Positions 27,061-41,598 of a stretch of DNA of 64,000 nucleotides are shown one piece after another. Source of the stretch: Octopus vulgaris (lineage: Eukaryota); NCBI GenBank assembly GCA_951406725.2, contig OX597832.1, positions 32,240,001 through 32,304,000 of the forward strand, in the 5' to 3' direction. Each line of letters begins with the position of its first letter. Position 1 is the first letter of the stretch. The notes under the pieces are model-generated. The model was not told where the DNA came from and did not search any database. It saw only the letters and a list, made by a program, of their open reading frames with translations. A program made the translations under genes and the position numbers.

Positions 27061-28214
27061 TCCAGCTAGCATTGCCATCTCTAAATCAATTAACCAACGT
27101 TAGCGAGCGATTTGAAGTAAATTGAGTTAAGCGAGCGCTGTTCTCTTGAGCAAAATACTTCAGTTTACGTTCCAGCATTACACTCAACCGTAAATGTTAC
27201 TTGTGACTGTTTAGCGTACAAGGGTGAGATGGTGACCAAGGAAAGCCACCCGAACGGACAGAGGGCTCTCGAGCCACGTTTAGCATTCAGCGATCGAAAC
27301 GATGAATTGTTTAACCCGTACAGTGAATCCAGACTGAAGTAGAAGAAGAATAAGGAAAACCTCTTCAATGAAATATTTTTGACCAGAGGTGTAATCAAAC
27401 AGATCAGAGTTGGGAGCTGTTTATGCGCCATTTTGTCGTACGTTTAAGTTCCATTTTGTCGATGAAAGAAATAAACAAATGGATAACGTCCCATAACTGT
27501 CATCAGCGTAAAATAACAGTAAATCCAGCTTTCTTGCAACATCGAGGCTTCACACAAATATAGATTCCATTAACATAAAAGAATAAAATCTGATATATTT
27601 CTTCTACGGAAACGTGTTTTGAAACGTCTTTCTCTACCAAAATACATAAACACACATCCACGCATAAACATACATTATATGTACACTCAGAGACTTATAC
27701 GTAACAGCAAAATATGTTTCAACAATATTTGTCTAAAATATTTCTTTTAATCATACGACATTTAATATATTTTAAATGCTAAAATAGAGTATTCAAATAT
27801 TTTTTCAATATTATTGTAACAATATTTAAAATATTAAAAAAATGTTTAATATACAACGTTTAAAATTTCTTTTTCTTTAAAAAAATGTGTATTAAACAGT
27901 TGTTTCTTTTCTATTTTGTTAACCGCTGATGTATTGATAGAACTCTATCGTCTTGAAGCATTTTGAAACGCTATTTATATATTTTTTATTCGGAATCTCT
28001 GGGTACTAAGTTCAGTTCTGTCCTAAGTAAACTTTGATGTTATTTACTATATTTGATGGCATAAAAGTTCTGTTTAGTGTTCTTCTATATATCGAGGGTG
28101 ACACATTTACTTTAAGCATGATGCTTTCGTATATTGGACACATTCCAATGACAGCAGAGCATATCAAAGAACGTTTTTAATGCCTTAAATGATGTAATAT
28201 TTGAAGTAGCCCAA

Positions 28215-28415
28215 GGCGGCGAGAGGCAGAAACGTAAGCACGCTGGGTGAAATGCTTAGCAGTATTTCGTCTGTCTTTATGTTCTGAGGCAAAGGTCGTC
28301 TTTGCCTGTCATCCTTTCGGACTCGATAAATTAAATTCAAGTTGCATGCAGGGGCGGGTCGATCTAATCGACCGGCCCCAAAATTTCTGGCCTTTTCCTA
28401 GAGTAGAAAAGAATA
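28215..28415 (+). mobile_element. SINE family A
   Basis: ggcggcgagaggcagaaacgtaagcacg...tttgcctgtcatcctttcgg. Confidence 0.8.
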
Positions 28416-28614
28416 TTTGAAGTAACCCAGCAGAACATTACAAAACATGACAAAAGCACGTTTTCTGCAGCAGAAGACATTGCTGTATATATACAAAGTA
28501 AGTGGGCAAAGAACTGAAGATAAAAGCAGGAAAGCTCAACTGTGAAAATATCCTAATGGATCAACGGGTACCAACCAATGCCGGCAGTCCATTGTTATAA
28601 AAATATTAATCGTT

Positions 28615-28812
28615 TCGAATTTTGGCGGTCAACAATTTCCGGGAAGGAATTAAGTGTGTTACATCGACCCCAGTGCGTAACTGGTAATTATTTAATCGAC
28701 CCCGAAAGGATAAAAGGCAAAATCGACCTCGGCAGAATCTGAACTGAAAGACGGACGAAATGCCGCTAAGCATTTTCCAGGGGTACTCGTCATTCTGCTA
28801 GTGCACCCCCTT
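28615..28812 (-). mobile_element. SINE family A
   Basis: acatcgaccccagtgcgtaactggta...tcgaccccgaaaggataaaaggcaaaatcgacctcggc. Confidence 0.82.
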
Positions 28813-29091
28813 ACTAATGATGGTAGCCTTTGTTGTCTGAGAAAAGTCGATGTGCAAATTCTTGCTGAACAATCTTCAGAGGTGATTTGTTTATCGTGAT
28901 CAAACGTTTCGACTGCACATAAACTCATTCCTTTCATCAAATTATATTCGCCCGTACGGCTCTATGGTGTTCCACATTTTAAATGTTGAATTGATCGCAG
29001 AGCTGCGTGAGTTGGCCCCAGTGCTTAAGAATACAACGCACCGTCCGCTCCGGGAATCGAATCCCCAATCCCTCGATCGACAGTGCACCAC

Positions 29092-29278
29092 GGGGGCGAG
29101 CAGGCAGTATTGTCAGCATTCCGAGGGAAATGCTTAGCAACATTTCGTATGTCTTTATGTTCAGAATTCCAAATTCTCCAAACTTGGTTTTGCCTTTCAT
29201 TCTCTTCAGATTCGATAGACTAACCATCAATCAAGAGTACCCTTAAGAACTACTGTCATTTGTGCCAAAATTTGATGC
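29092..29278 (+). mobile_element. SINE family A, degenerate
   Basis: ggcgagcaggcag...gaaatgcttagc...ttgcctttcatt. Confidence 0.6.
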
Positions 29279-29437
29279 TGTTATTATTACGGTGGTAGAC
29301 CAGATAGCAAAGAGCACATACGTTAAATGTAGCCAATAGGAGTGAGTGTCGGGGACAAAATTACCTTAAGGGCGACCTATTTTTATATATAGGAGCCAGG
29401 GTGAAATTTTGAGACATTTTCTTGGCATGTGCATCTT

Positions 29438-29804
29438 GTATGTCATGTAATTTCGGTATTGTGGGATCAAGAAATAAATGATCAAATCAGGGGGATCGAA
29501 CTCGGAATTGCTAAGGTGTCAGAAAGCACGCTTTGTGGTATCTATTCTGCGTTTTTTCACATTAAAAATAAAGAAAATAATGATGACTCTTCTTTCTGGA
29601 GTCCAACTTGCGTCGGCGGATAAGATAAACGCAAGTAGGACTCCAGAAAGAAGAGTCATCATTATTTTCTTTATTTTTAATGTGAAAAAACGCAGAATAG
29701 ATACCACAAAGCGTGCTTTCTGACACCTTAGCAATTCCGAGTTCGATCTCCCTGATTTGATCATTTATTTCTTGATCCCACAATATCGAAATTACATGAC
29801 ATAC
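29438..29804. repeat. Near-perfect inverted repeat (176-bp arms, 15-nt spacer)
   Basis: 29438-29613 is the reverse complement of 29629-29804 with no indels and 3 mismatches (29456/29786, 29493/29749, 29605/29637). Confidence 0.97.
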
Positions 29805-29937
29805 GGCCATTTTACGGATGGGAGGCCGAGTGTTGTAGACGAAGGAATCGGACGAGCACAAGTCTGTTCTGCACAACACAAGGAAACATTTTAAACTTGT
29901 CTTTTAAATGTTTTACAGAAAACATACTTGTAAAATA

Positions 29938-29987
29938 GAGATGCGCCTTATGCAAGAGTGAGTCTTATACGCCGACAAATGCGGTAA
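29938..29987 (-). mobile_element. pogo/Tigger-like DNA transposon terminus
   Basis: Minus strand taccgcatttgtcggcgtataagactcac..taaggcgcat resembles the TACCGTA..TATAAGACGCA type of end. No partner end was found. Confidence 0.5.
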
Positions 29988-30019
29988 CTTCTTATTTCAT
30001 ATAATGAATAATATACCAC

Positions 30020-30225
30020 AAGGTGGTGACTAGCAGAATAATTAGTGCATCGAAAAAAATGCTTAACGGCCTTTATTCTGTTTCTTTACGCTCTGATTCC
30101 AGATTCAACCGACCTTGACTCTGCCTTTCACCCATTTGAGGTCGATAAAATGAAGAAACTGTCAAGTATTAAGTTTGTTGCAATTGACTAATCCTTTCCA
30201 GTTGAAATTGCTAAAATTTGAAACC
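30020..30225 (+). mobile_element. SINE family A, degenerate
   Basis: aaggtggtgactagcagaa...tgcctttcacccatttgaggtcgataaa. Confidence 0.65.
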
Positions 30226-30745
30226 CTTTCAATGCAATCCATTACAAATGGAAATGATAAACATGGAAGCGGACATTGGACCCTGTCCGAGGTCATGCGA
30301 TCACTCGAACTACTAAATTTAGATAAAACTCTATCTCAAATAAAGCTGGATGTATTCCCTAGTGGAGTTGCTATTATAAGAAATGACAGGATGGTCATCG
30401 ATGGAAAGTTTTCTCTCTCTTCCTCTCTCTTTCTTTCATATTCTTTGTTTTATTTCCTACGCTTCGATATTTGTTTCTTTTCTCCCTTTTAGATCCATAA
30501 ATTTTATATTCCTATTTTCAAATATATTTTATGGGCAAGAAACACGTTTGCTTCCCCTTGGTTATCAAAGAAATTTAGATTTTGTAAATGGTGATGTTAT
30601 GTTCCTGTTAACAATCATAACGATTCTAGGCTCCATTTTTTTATCTAATATAAATTTACAACTGAGGTGTATATAATACACTTGCGTGTTCAGAATCATG
30701 AGCTGAGCTTTATTCATACAGCTTCCGTAAGTAATCTAAATATAC

Positions 30746-30788
<43 letters not shown>

Positions 30789-30984
30789 GAATTTACAAGA
30801 AAACAAAAGACGAAGACAGGTGTTTAAACAATAAACTGATATATCAGATTAACGCTCGCGAAGCGAGAAAGTCTTTTCCGCTCCGAGCCTTCGCTCTTCG
30901 ACAAAAAAGAAGAGATAAATAAATAGGGTGAGAAATTAAAAAAAAAGGTTTAGTGGATAGTGATCTACCACGGTGAATGTTTGT

Positions 30985-31039
<55 letters not shown>

Positions 31040-31049
31040 AATTTGTGTG

Positions 31050-31295
31050 TAATTGTACTTGTCTCTCCAGCATTCCTTGACAAACGGCGTTAATTCAAGC
31101 GACGGTTGTTCAGCTGTCCAGTAAAAGAGCCGGGTAGCATACGTAACAGACATAAGAATAGGAAAAAAAGGAAAATAATAATAAAAAAATACGTACTGGA
31201 GACGATTTGTTCGACTAAGCATTTCAGTAATGTGCCCCAGCATGGCTGCAGTCGAAGGACTGAAACAAGTAAGAGACGAACGATAAAAGATAATA
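31050..31295 (+). mobile_element. SINE family B tail
   Basis: gccccagcatggctgcagtc..gactgaaacaagtaagaga. Confidence 0.6.
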
Positions 31296-31601
31296 ATAAT
31301 AATAAAAAAAAAAAAAAAAAGAAACCCCTGAAATCCCGTCAACAACAACATTGGGAGAGAACAGAAAAGAAACGGTATCGGATTATTACAAACGAACGGT
31401 AAACTTCAATCTGGAGAGAAGACTGTTGAAACGTCTGGCAATTTCATATTTTGATGTTGCTTCGAATTGACAAACAATTCCATTGGAACGTGTTCTGAAA
31501 TTAATATGAAGAAATATTTGGTTCATAATGAAATTAAATATAGTAACCGCTTCTTATATTATTATTAAAATATTGTTGTTGTTGCTGCTGTGGTGTGATT
31601 A

Positions 31602-31677
<76 letters not shown>

Positions 31678-32786
31678 CATTATTAATATGATGTTTATTT
31701 GCTGCTTTTATTTTAATAAAAATAAATCGTGTCTCCTCAATACACGTCACCATTTAGGCATTTCCTGCTATTTACACGGTAATCTCAACGTATTCTTTCT
31801 TGTGTGTATTATTTCCTCGCAGATATAATGTTTAAAGATGGAAGAATGGAAATAAATAAAATTAAAAATACCAATGACTCGAATTATTAATAGATCTATT
31901 GTATATTGACAAAAGTTGAAAATATTTCAAAATGGTTTTATATTTCATTGTTGATCATATGATCATATGTTCTAAATAAATTCAGTTGTGCCAATTGAAT
32001 GGAATAGACTTTGCATACAAACGCACGCATGCACGCACACACACAGACACAGATGTAGATATATATGTATGTGAACTGTGTAAATATGTGTGTACGTGTG
32101 GCTAGGCATGTAAATATATGTAACATATATATATATATGTGTATGTATGTATGTATGTATGTATGTATGTATATGTGTGTGTTGTATATATGTTACATAT
32201 ATATGTGTATAAATATACATATATATGTACAAATATACTTGCAGACACGCGTGTGCACACAATTCGCGAACAATAGTACATTTCAACACGCATATATACG
32301 GATACACAAATACACACTTATACATGATCTTTTTGCAAACAACTGTTGCATACGTAATTGTATAAATACGAGTATATGTCATATATGATTATATACAAGC
32401 ATATACATACATAGTATATATATATATGATTATATGAAAGTAATAAACAAGCACACACACACACACACATTTATAATAAACATGTACACAAGGTTTGCTA
32501 AAAATCTTGTAGTACGCTATGCAAAGCACGTCTGCAGTTATTGGCTCATACGACGAGAATATTCTTGCTACTTGACAGACGTCAAGAATTCCAGAATATT
32601 TGAAGAGCTTATGTAAATATATAACTAGCAGAAAATGAGTTGAAGTGGATTCTTTATTTAGGAAACTCTTCTATTGTTTCGTCACATTTGTACTCTCGTA
32701 CTATATTGGAGAAAGGATTCTAAATAATGTCAGCAAATCCGTTTTATATTCTGTACATATATGTGGGTGTGTTTTTGTGTGTATAT

Positions 32787-32844
<58 letters not shown>

Positions 32845-34021
32845 TTAATCTAAACATGAAAACACTGTTCTTATCATTGTTAACACTATTACTCAACGGA
32901 TATTATGCAGTCCTGAACAGGACACTCGAATTTATTCACCATGAAAAGTTACAAGAGCCTAGCAACTTTTTGTTATCTCGGGTATCACAAAAAAGACTGC
33001 TATAGGTAGGCATCAACTGAAAACGAATTAAAAGGAAATACATTAATCGTCAGAATAATACACCCCTTTAAACATATTTTTAGTATAAATAGCATATGTA
33101 ATATATATATATATACACACACACATATATATTTTTTTCTAGGCGTAGGAGTGGCTGTGTGTTTGGTTGCTTGCTTACGACATAGCCCCGGGTGATTACA
33201 CGTGGTTGAATATTTGACTAAAGAAATACGATGAAAAAACACACAGAATTTGTTTTACAAGGCTAAAGAATATATTAGAATCACCGTGGCAAAAGTATTA
33301 CACAATATCATACGAAATAAGATTCTTCTCTGCCAACATAATAACCGGTTTTGCTTTCCCTTTTCAAATTTTGGATTCAATTCTGAATTAGAGATTTTGT
33401 TTGCTAAGAGTGGTAATTGAAATGGTAATGCTACACTCATATGTGTAACACAAGTGTAACACGTTCTTTTCTTTCAATTTTCGTTTCTTTCATTGTTTCA
33501 CTTCGTTTTAAATTTAAAATCAGTTTCCATTGTTTCAAATGTTTTGGCGATGTATTTTCTAGCATCACATTTATGGTCAGTAACTTTCTCTCTTAACCGG
33601 AGATCGATACATTAAAGCACTAACAAAGAATACTAGAGAAAATCTTCTCTATAAGTTAATATCTTCTTTCTATAAGTTCACGAATTACATGGACGTTAGA
33701 AAAACCGCATTTTGTAGGTAAGTTTAACAATAAGAAAATATTTTGCATTTGGTCACTAGGGGAAATATCTTCCAAGATCTTAGTAAAAGTTTGTGCAGCT
33801 GAGGAAAACAACACAAAAGTATTTGTCATAAAAAATGTCTGGTTTATAAACTTTTGACTTGTGACATCATTTTCTTTCCACCCATTTTAAAGTTTTGTCT
33901 TCGTTTTCACTTTTTTTATTGATTTGTATTTTCTCAACTCTCAACTGCACTAACATATGTCTGGTTGTGTGCATAAAATTGTGTGTGTGTGTGCGTATAC
34001 ACATACACAAACACACAGCCA

Positions 34022-34132
<111 letters not shown>

Positions 34133-34239
34133 GTTATACATATGCATGCATACATACATACATACATATATATATATATGCAAATACATGCACACACACA
34201 CATACACGCATATACATATATATACGTAATTATATACGC

Positions 34240-34505
34240 AAACACATTGTGGCCTGGTCTCAACGACCTACACATGTATGTGTACAGCGATCAATGGTGT
34301 GTGCGGCACGCTGGCTCGCTCCCTATATCAAATCGACATTACTTGCACATGAGCGTGGTGTGCCACACGGCAGACGTCGAAGTGGACGGAGAGTTGTGTG
34401 AGCTGAAATATCTTGCTCAAAAACACAGAATACCGCCCGATCCGAGAAGCGAAACATGAATCTCAGGACGTGAATGAAAAGCACTACTCACTCGGCCATG
34501 GATGT
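34240..34505 (-). mobile_element. Degenerate SINE of the family C type
   Basis: tgaaatatcttgctcaaaaacaca approximates the reverse complement of the core tgtgtccttgagcaagacactt. Confidence 0.5.
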
Positions 34506-34709
34506 GCGAATTTAGGTCTACATGTTTTTGCATGTGTGCGTATGTGTGTGTGTGTGTGTGTGTGTGTGTTTATGTATGCGCCTGTTTATAAATGCTTAAT
34601 TCTAGAGAATCAGAGAAGTCGACAGAGAGTGGAAGATTTATTTTGACTGAGCTAAAACATTGTAACATAAGTAAAGGTGGATGAAGTATACCTTTCTGCA
34701 TAGTTTTCT

Positions 34710-35146
<437 letters not shown>

Positions 35147-35814
35147 TAAACTCTTAACTTTTGTGCAACTCTCCGCAGGGTTGCACATATTTTGCAGTGT
35201 TGTTGAGAATTAAAATCTGACATTTATATCCATTTCCTTTTCACAAAAGTACTACACCATTAATTTTAACACAAAGAAACAGATCAGTATGGTTTGGAAA
35301 TCATGAAGACATGGATGCATTCTGAGGTTATTGCATTCATCTGGTTGATATGTTCTCATGGGTACCTATGCAAGGAACCAACCAAAAGTGTCTTGGAGTT
35401 TTCAAAAGAATTGATCCAGAAGGAAAAAAAAAGTTATTAAAGCAGAATCACGTAAAAAAAAAATGAAGCATTTCGTGAACTTGCATAAACGAACACACGC
35501 AGTTCCACTCAAACATACAAACACAGAAGCCGACTCATTCGCACATACATGCGGACACATTTGCATATGTGCACACGCAGATGTGCAGTTATGTGCATTC
35601 ACATATACAAACGTGCACGGAAAGGAACAGACAAACAAAGCAAGTACAAATAAATACACAAACATGCTGATATCCGCACTAACACGTACAAATATAAACA
35701 CACACATATATATACATACATACATTTACACACACATACACGAAACCAGACACAAGTGTGTACATTTATAAGTATACACATCTACGTTCAAGCGTGCATA
35801 TACATATTCGTATA

Positions 35815-36030
<216 letters not shown>

Positions 36031-36248
36031 ACACACCAACACACACTCATATATTCATGAATACATACGGTGGCATCCAATCAAACATATGTTTACACAC
36101 GTATGTACACAGTACATATACAAACACATAAACATATGTACACGCAGATTGATTATTGCTACAAATGCTGTTTCGAGGACTCCTATGCATTCTTTGTGTT
36201 GTAGGTTCTGTTGCGCTTCACGACGTTATTGTTGTTGTCGTTGTCTTC

Positions 36249-36304
<56 letters not shown>

Positions 36305-37087
36305 CACCTTTTCTTGGAATTCGTTATTGATTTTCTTTGTTGTTGTTATTTCTCTGTCTAAATGGATGAGAAGACCTTAAAAAAAAAGAAAGAGAGACAG
36401 ACAGAGAAAGAAAGAAAGATAGCTAGATAGAGAGAGGGTGAGGGGAAGAGGAATGAAGGGAAGAGAGAAAGAAGTTATTGCGAGTGAAAGAAAAAGTTGA
36501 AGGAGAATAAAAGAAATTGAAAGAGGGAATAAATTACATAGAAAGAAGTAAGTTCTTAGTAGAAAACACGAGAATGAAAACATCCTAATGTCTCACGCAC
36601 AGCCACAGACTGACATGTGCAACACACACATATACACATACATCCACACACACACACACACTTGCCCACACACGCAGTCATTCACAGACACATGACATTT
36701 GTTTGATATTTGTTCATTGTTATCTTTCATTCGTAACTCCTCACACAAATATGACACCTCTACAACCTTTCCGCTTATGGCATCAACTCGCTTCTATTGT
36801 CAGCCATTTTGTGATGATAAAAATCTCAGAATAAAGATATCATTCCTTTCCATTTACTATCGCAAATCATGATATTTCACCTTTTATAAAATACATCATC
36901 TTCAGGTCTGTCATTGTTGTTAACATTGCGCCTGTTGCTCTTGTTGTTGTTGTTGTTGATACCAAAAAATCACTTTTTTTCAGTTTTCTATCTGTTATTT
37001 GGTCCTCGTCGTAAACAGGAGACCTGCATCCCCCGCATTCTCCCACCACCGAACATGTCAGGCCTCGTACTGGTAGTCGAAGGGAGT

Positions 37088-37109
37088 ATTATTATTATTA
37101 TTATTATTA

Positions 37110-37155
<46 letters not shown>

Positions 37156-37294
37156 GGTTGTCATTTTTATCATATTTTCAGGATCAATCTTCTTCTACTT
37201 CTTCTTCTTCTGCTTCTTCTTCTTCTTCTTCTTCTTTTTCTTCTTCTTCTTCTCCTTCTTCTTCTTCATCTCCTCCTCCTCCTGCTCCTCCTTC

Positions 37295-37369
<75 letters not shown>

Positions 37370-37374
37370 TTATA

Positions 37375-37427
<53 letters not shown>

Positions 37428-37530
37428 CATTATTATTTTTATTATTATTATTATAAGTGGTAGTAGTAGTAGTTCTAGTTATAGTAGTTATAGTAGTGGT
37501 GGTGGGGTGGTGGTTTTAGTAGTAGTAGTA
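37088..37530. repeat. (TTA)n/(TTC)n/(TTA)n/(TAG)n compound microsatellite
   Basis: Direct reading. Confidence 0.95.
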
Positions 37531-37794
37531 CTGAATTCCCTAATTTCTTTCTTTTTCCAACTACAACTCAGTCGTGACATATCTCGCAACATTTTCCTCC
37601 CCGTCTCTGAAAGTCGTATTGTATAGATTTCGATGCGAATCTATATTATTTCAGCAGAGGGAAGGTTTCTTATATTTATCCTTTTTTTTTTCACATAAAG
37701 CGGAAATGTTCATAATTAAAGAGACATAACTCTCTTTCGGCAACTGACAAGATGCAGCAATCTTTATTAAACAGATACTATACAGGCCATAGAG

Positions 37795-37829
<35 letters not shown>

Positions 37830-37907
37830 GCTTTTGTTCTTTTATTTTTTTACTTATTTCAGTCATGTGATTGCTGCCATACTGGAGCACTGCCTTATGT
37901 ACGTATA

Positions 37908-37995
<88 letters not shown>

Positions 37996-38630
37996 CACAC
38001 GCATATATATATGTATATATATATATATATATATACGTATGTATATATGCGTACAGAGTGTGCATCATGCATTCCTTCGGCATGTCTTTTACATAACACC
38101 AACAAAATTAGTGTTACAGGAACACATTTATATACACCCTCTCACAGATGCAGTCCCATCCCCCCACCCGCATTCACAGATGCACAGAAACATAAAAACA
38201 AAGCGTGTGCCATCACGTGCCTCTTTAATTTACGTATCCATTCCGAAAGGTTTTGCGTTTCTTTCTTTATTTTCATCTTGTTTATTTTGCGACTCTTTTC
38301 TTCTGTTTATGTTTTCCACTTTTTCTAAAATTACTTCATATTCTCATCATTCTTTATTTCATGAAATTAATTTTTCTTTGCATTTTCTTTCTTTTAATTT
38401 AATTTTCTTTCTGATATTTTTTTTTTAGTTTTGCAGTTTGTGTTTCTTGCTTTCAATTTTCTTTCACACATTTTTTCTTCGTTTCTTTCTTTCTGTCTTT
38501 CTTTCTTTTTTCTTTCTTCTTCTATTTGTTTTTTACTTTTCTTTGTTTCTTTGTTTTCTCCTTTTTTGCTTCCCTCGTTCACTCTTTCTCCATTTATTCA
38601 TTTCAGTGTTCCTTTTCATCGTTTATTGTT

Positions 38631-38707
<77 letters not shown>

Positions 38708-38780
38708 TTATGTCTGTCTGTCGGTCTATCTATCTATCTATCTATCTATCTGTCTGTCTGTCTGTCTACCTATTTATCTA
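38631..38780. repeat. (TCTA)n/(TCTG)n microsatellite
   Basis: Direct reading. Confidence 0.93.
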
Positions 38781-39894
38781 GTTATCCATTTATCCGGCAG
38801 TCTGTCTGTCAATCAATCTTTCATTCAAAAGAATCATTCTTTATCATTAAATTCCTTATCTCTCTCCTTCATATCTATATTCATTCATGCCTCTTTCACT
38901 ATTGCTTCTCATTCATTATTCCCCTTCTTTCTATTATTATATAACATCAAACTGGCGAGTCAACAGAGTTTCGGAAACATCAAATACATCCCACAATATT
39001 TGTGGATCGTTATCTCCTGATTTCCAATCCCACTGTGTCACCCTCCGGAGAAGGACTGGTTAGGTTCTTTAGCAATGTTAGTCTCAAAGCCGCAGTTACC
39101 AGGAAATTGAATAAGGCCACGTAGAGGAAACAACATACGTGTGTACTGCATGGATATTACATCGAGTAAGGACAAAACTGTAGCATAATACGGCTGATGT
39201 ATTCTGTAAAGCACGTCAGCTCTAAAACTGAAACGATTTAGGAATGACTGGTAGCCTAAGAGGCAGGAGCGAACCCAAATTTTCAAAGAGACGAACTCAA
39301 ACTTCTCGCAAGACATCATTCGGTAACAGTTACCATTGCATTGCTTTGCTCAGTCATGTATCAGAGTGAGAGGTCTGTTACAGATCATTATGCACACCTT
39401 CATAGACACCAGTCCATGGGCTTTTGAGTAAAAACAAAAGCGTTACTGAAATAGAAACAGCTATTATAACAATCATTTCTAAAATATATATGGGGTCAGG
39501 CATTTGAGAAAAGGTGGGTTTTATGTATTGCAGTCAGCTAGTTTCTCGGTTGTTAGTTTATTTTATTTATTCCAAAAAGAGGAAAAGATGAAGTTGAAAA
39601 CGTCGGGATTTGAACCGATAAAAATTAAGGGACCTAGCAAATGTTACACATGCTTTTTTCTGCTCCAACGATTCTGAAGGTCTATCACGTTTTTAATCAT
39701 CAATTATGACACTGCCGCCATGACCACGACCATGAACACCACCACCACCACCACCACTTCCACCGACCGCCATCACACCCTCCACAACCATGACCATCAC
39801 AAAAAAAATAAGGTTCTACATCGATTGCAGGCATTATCATCGCCGCTGACGTCAGCAGAAATAGCGCGAGCAGCAACACAATAGAACCAAGTCA

Positions 39895-40083
39895 TTATCA
39901 TCATCATTAGTAGCAGCAGCAGCAGCAATAGCATCACCGACATCAGCAACAACAGCAAAATCACCTGTAGTAGTTGTAATAGTAGTAGTAGTAGTGGTAG
40001 TGGTCGTAGTAATGGTGGTGGTAGTAGTAGTAGTAGTGGTGGTTGTGGTAGTAGTCGTAGTAGTGCTGGTATTTGTGGTGGTA

Positions 40084-40141
<58 letters not shown>

Positions 40142-40150
40142 CATTACTAA

Positions 40151-40189
<39 letters not shown>

Positions 40190-40190
40190 C
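39895..40190. repeat. (CAG/TAG/TGG/TAT)n compound microsatellite
   Basis: Direct reading. Confidence 0.9.
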
Positions 40191-40887
40191 CGCTGCAGAC
40201 TTTTTTTCGGTTGTGAAGTTCCAGTATGGTCACTGCTGACTGAATGACCTACGAATTTTAGTCACGGGTCATTCCGAAGACGTTGTAACCGTGACCATCC
40301 TGTTTCGTTCCTACTCCAGACATAATGACTCTGACTGACATCAAATTTCCTTCAACACATTCAGTCATTAACAGTGAAGGTTGGACGGGATTTAAAGTTC
40401 ATTTGGCTGCTATTTACAGGAAATCGATTAACTACACATAGGTTCCTTCGCTGTTTTCGTAATGTATAAAATAAAATTACAAGAACATAACCAAAAAAGC
40501 AGCGTAGAGAGGCGAGTCTAGCTGCCAGTGGAACTGCGAATGATTGTAGAATGAATCAAATGACGGTGCCTTTACATCATTTGTAAACCATTCCATCTGC
40601 GGTAACAATGAGGAATTGCATTAAGTCCATATTCTTCAGGAAATTGAAAAATGAACGAATGGAATACATATTGGCAGTTTCGAGAAAAATATCGATAAAA
40701 TGGCGAGGAAATACAATTCATTCACAAAGTATTCTCCAACGTGAACTATGAAGATCTCTCTGCTCAGTTCTGCACAATGGCAGAATATTAGATCTGGCGT
40801 ATTTATTTCTCGTTTTCCGTACAATACAGAGTTAATGCTTAAAAGGTACAGGTAATGCGAAAAATATTCTATATACTCACCGAAACA

Positions 40888-41203
40888 TTGTATGTATGTA
40901 TGTATGTATGTATGTATGTATGTATGTATGTATGTATGTATGTATGTATGTATGTATGCATGTATGCATGTATGTATGTATGTATGTATGTATGTATGTG
41001 TGTGTGAGAGGGAAAGAGAGAGAGAGAGTGTGTATGTATGTGTATGTGTGTCAGAGAGAGAGGAGGAGAGAATGTGTGTGTGTGTATGTATGTGCGTGTG
41101 TCTATGTGTGCGTGCGTGTGTGTGTGTGTGTGCATGTGTATGTGTGTGTGCCTGTATGTTTGTGTGCCTGTGTGTACCTCTCTCTCTCTCTCTGTGTGTG
41201 TGT
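40888..41203. repeat. (TATG)n/(TG)n/(GA)n compound microsatellite
   Basis: Direct reading. Confidence 0.9.
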
Positions 41204-41364
41204 ATTCTCCTGTTTTTAATTTATTAAATTCTTCTTTTGAGGATGGAGCTGGTCGCTTTCTTTTCCTGAAAATCGAAGCTTATCCAAACAGTCAGTTAAG
41301 TGTTTGATCGGAACAATTGTAGCAATTATTTTTGGTATAAGTGTAAATTTGTAATCCGGATATA

Positions 41365-41598
41365 CAGGGTGGCCCAGAAGTAGGTTTACAGTTATTCCAC
41401 AATCTCTTTCGCATTCATATATTAGCAGTTTAGGTCTTAATTATAAAATATATGAAACAATTATCCTAAGCTAATTTAGTTAATTTTGTCAAGCCCCCTT
41501 TTCAATTTGTAAGACAGAAATTTAAATGTAAGAAGATGTTCTAAAAGAAATTTTAAGTGCGTACGGGAGAACTGTAAGCCTACTTTTGGACCCTGCTG
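41365..41598. mobile_element. Tc1/mariner-type MITE (about 234 bp)
   Basis: Left end cagggtggcccagaagtaggtttacagtt versus right-end reverse complement cagcagggtccaaaagtaggcttacagtt (23/29 identical). TA flanks both sides and the interior is AT-rich. Confidence 0.75.

Noticed and set aside
29429-29879. Mirror-image ORFs on both strands (MIKSG.SNSELLRC...)
   Set aside because: A by-product of the inverted repeat, with no recognisable protein.
34384-34400. tggacggaga resembling the start of miR-184 (also ggcaagatgtt near 23910, like miR-31)
   Set aside because: Only 10-11 nt match, with no precursor hairpin; the 34384 match lies within a SINE remnant.
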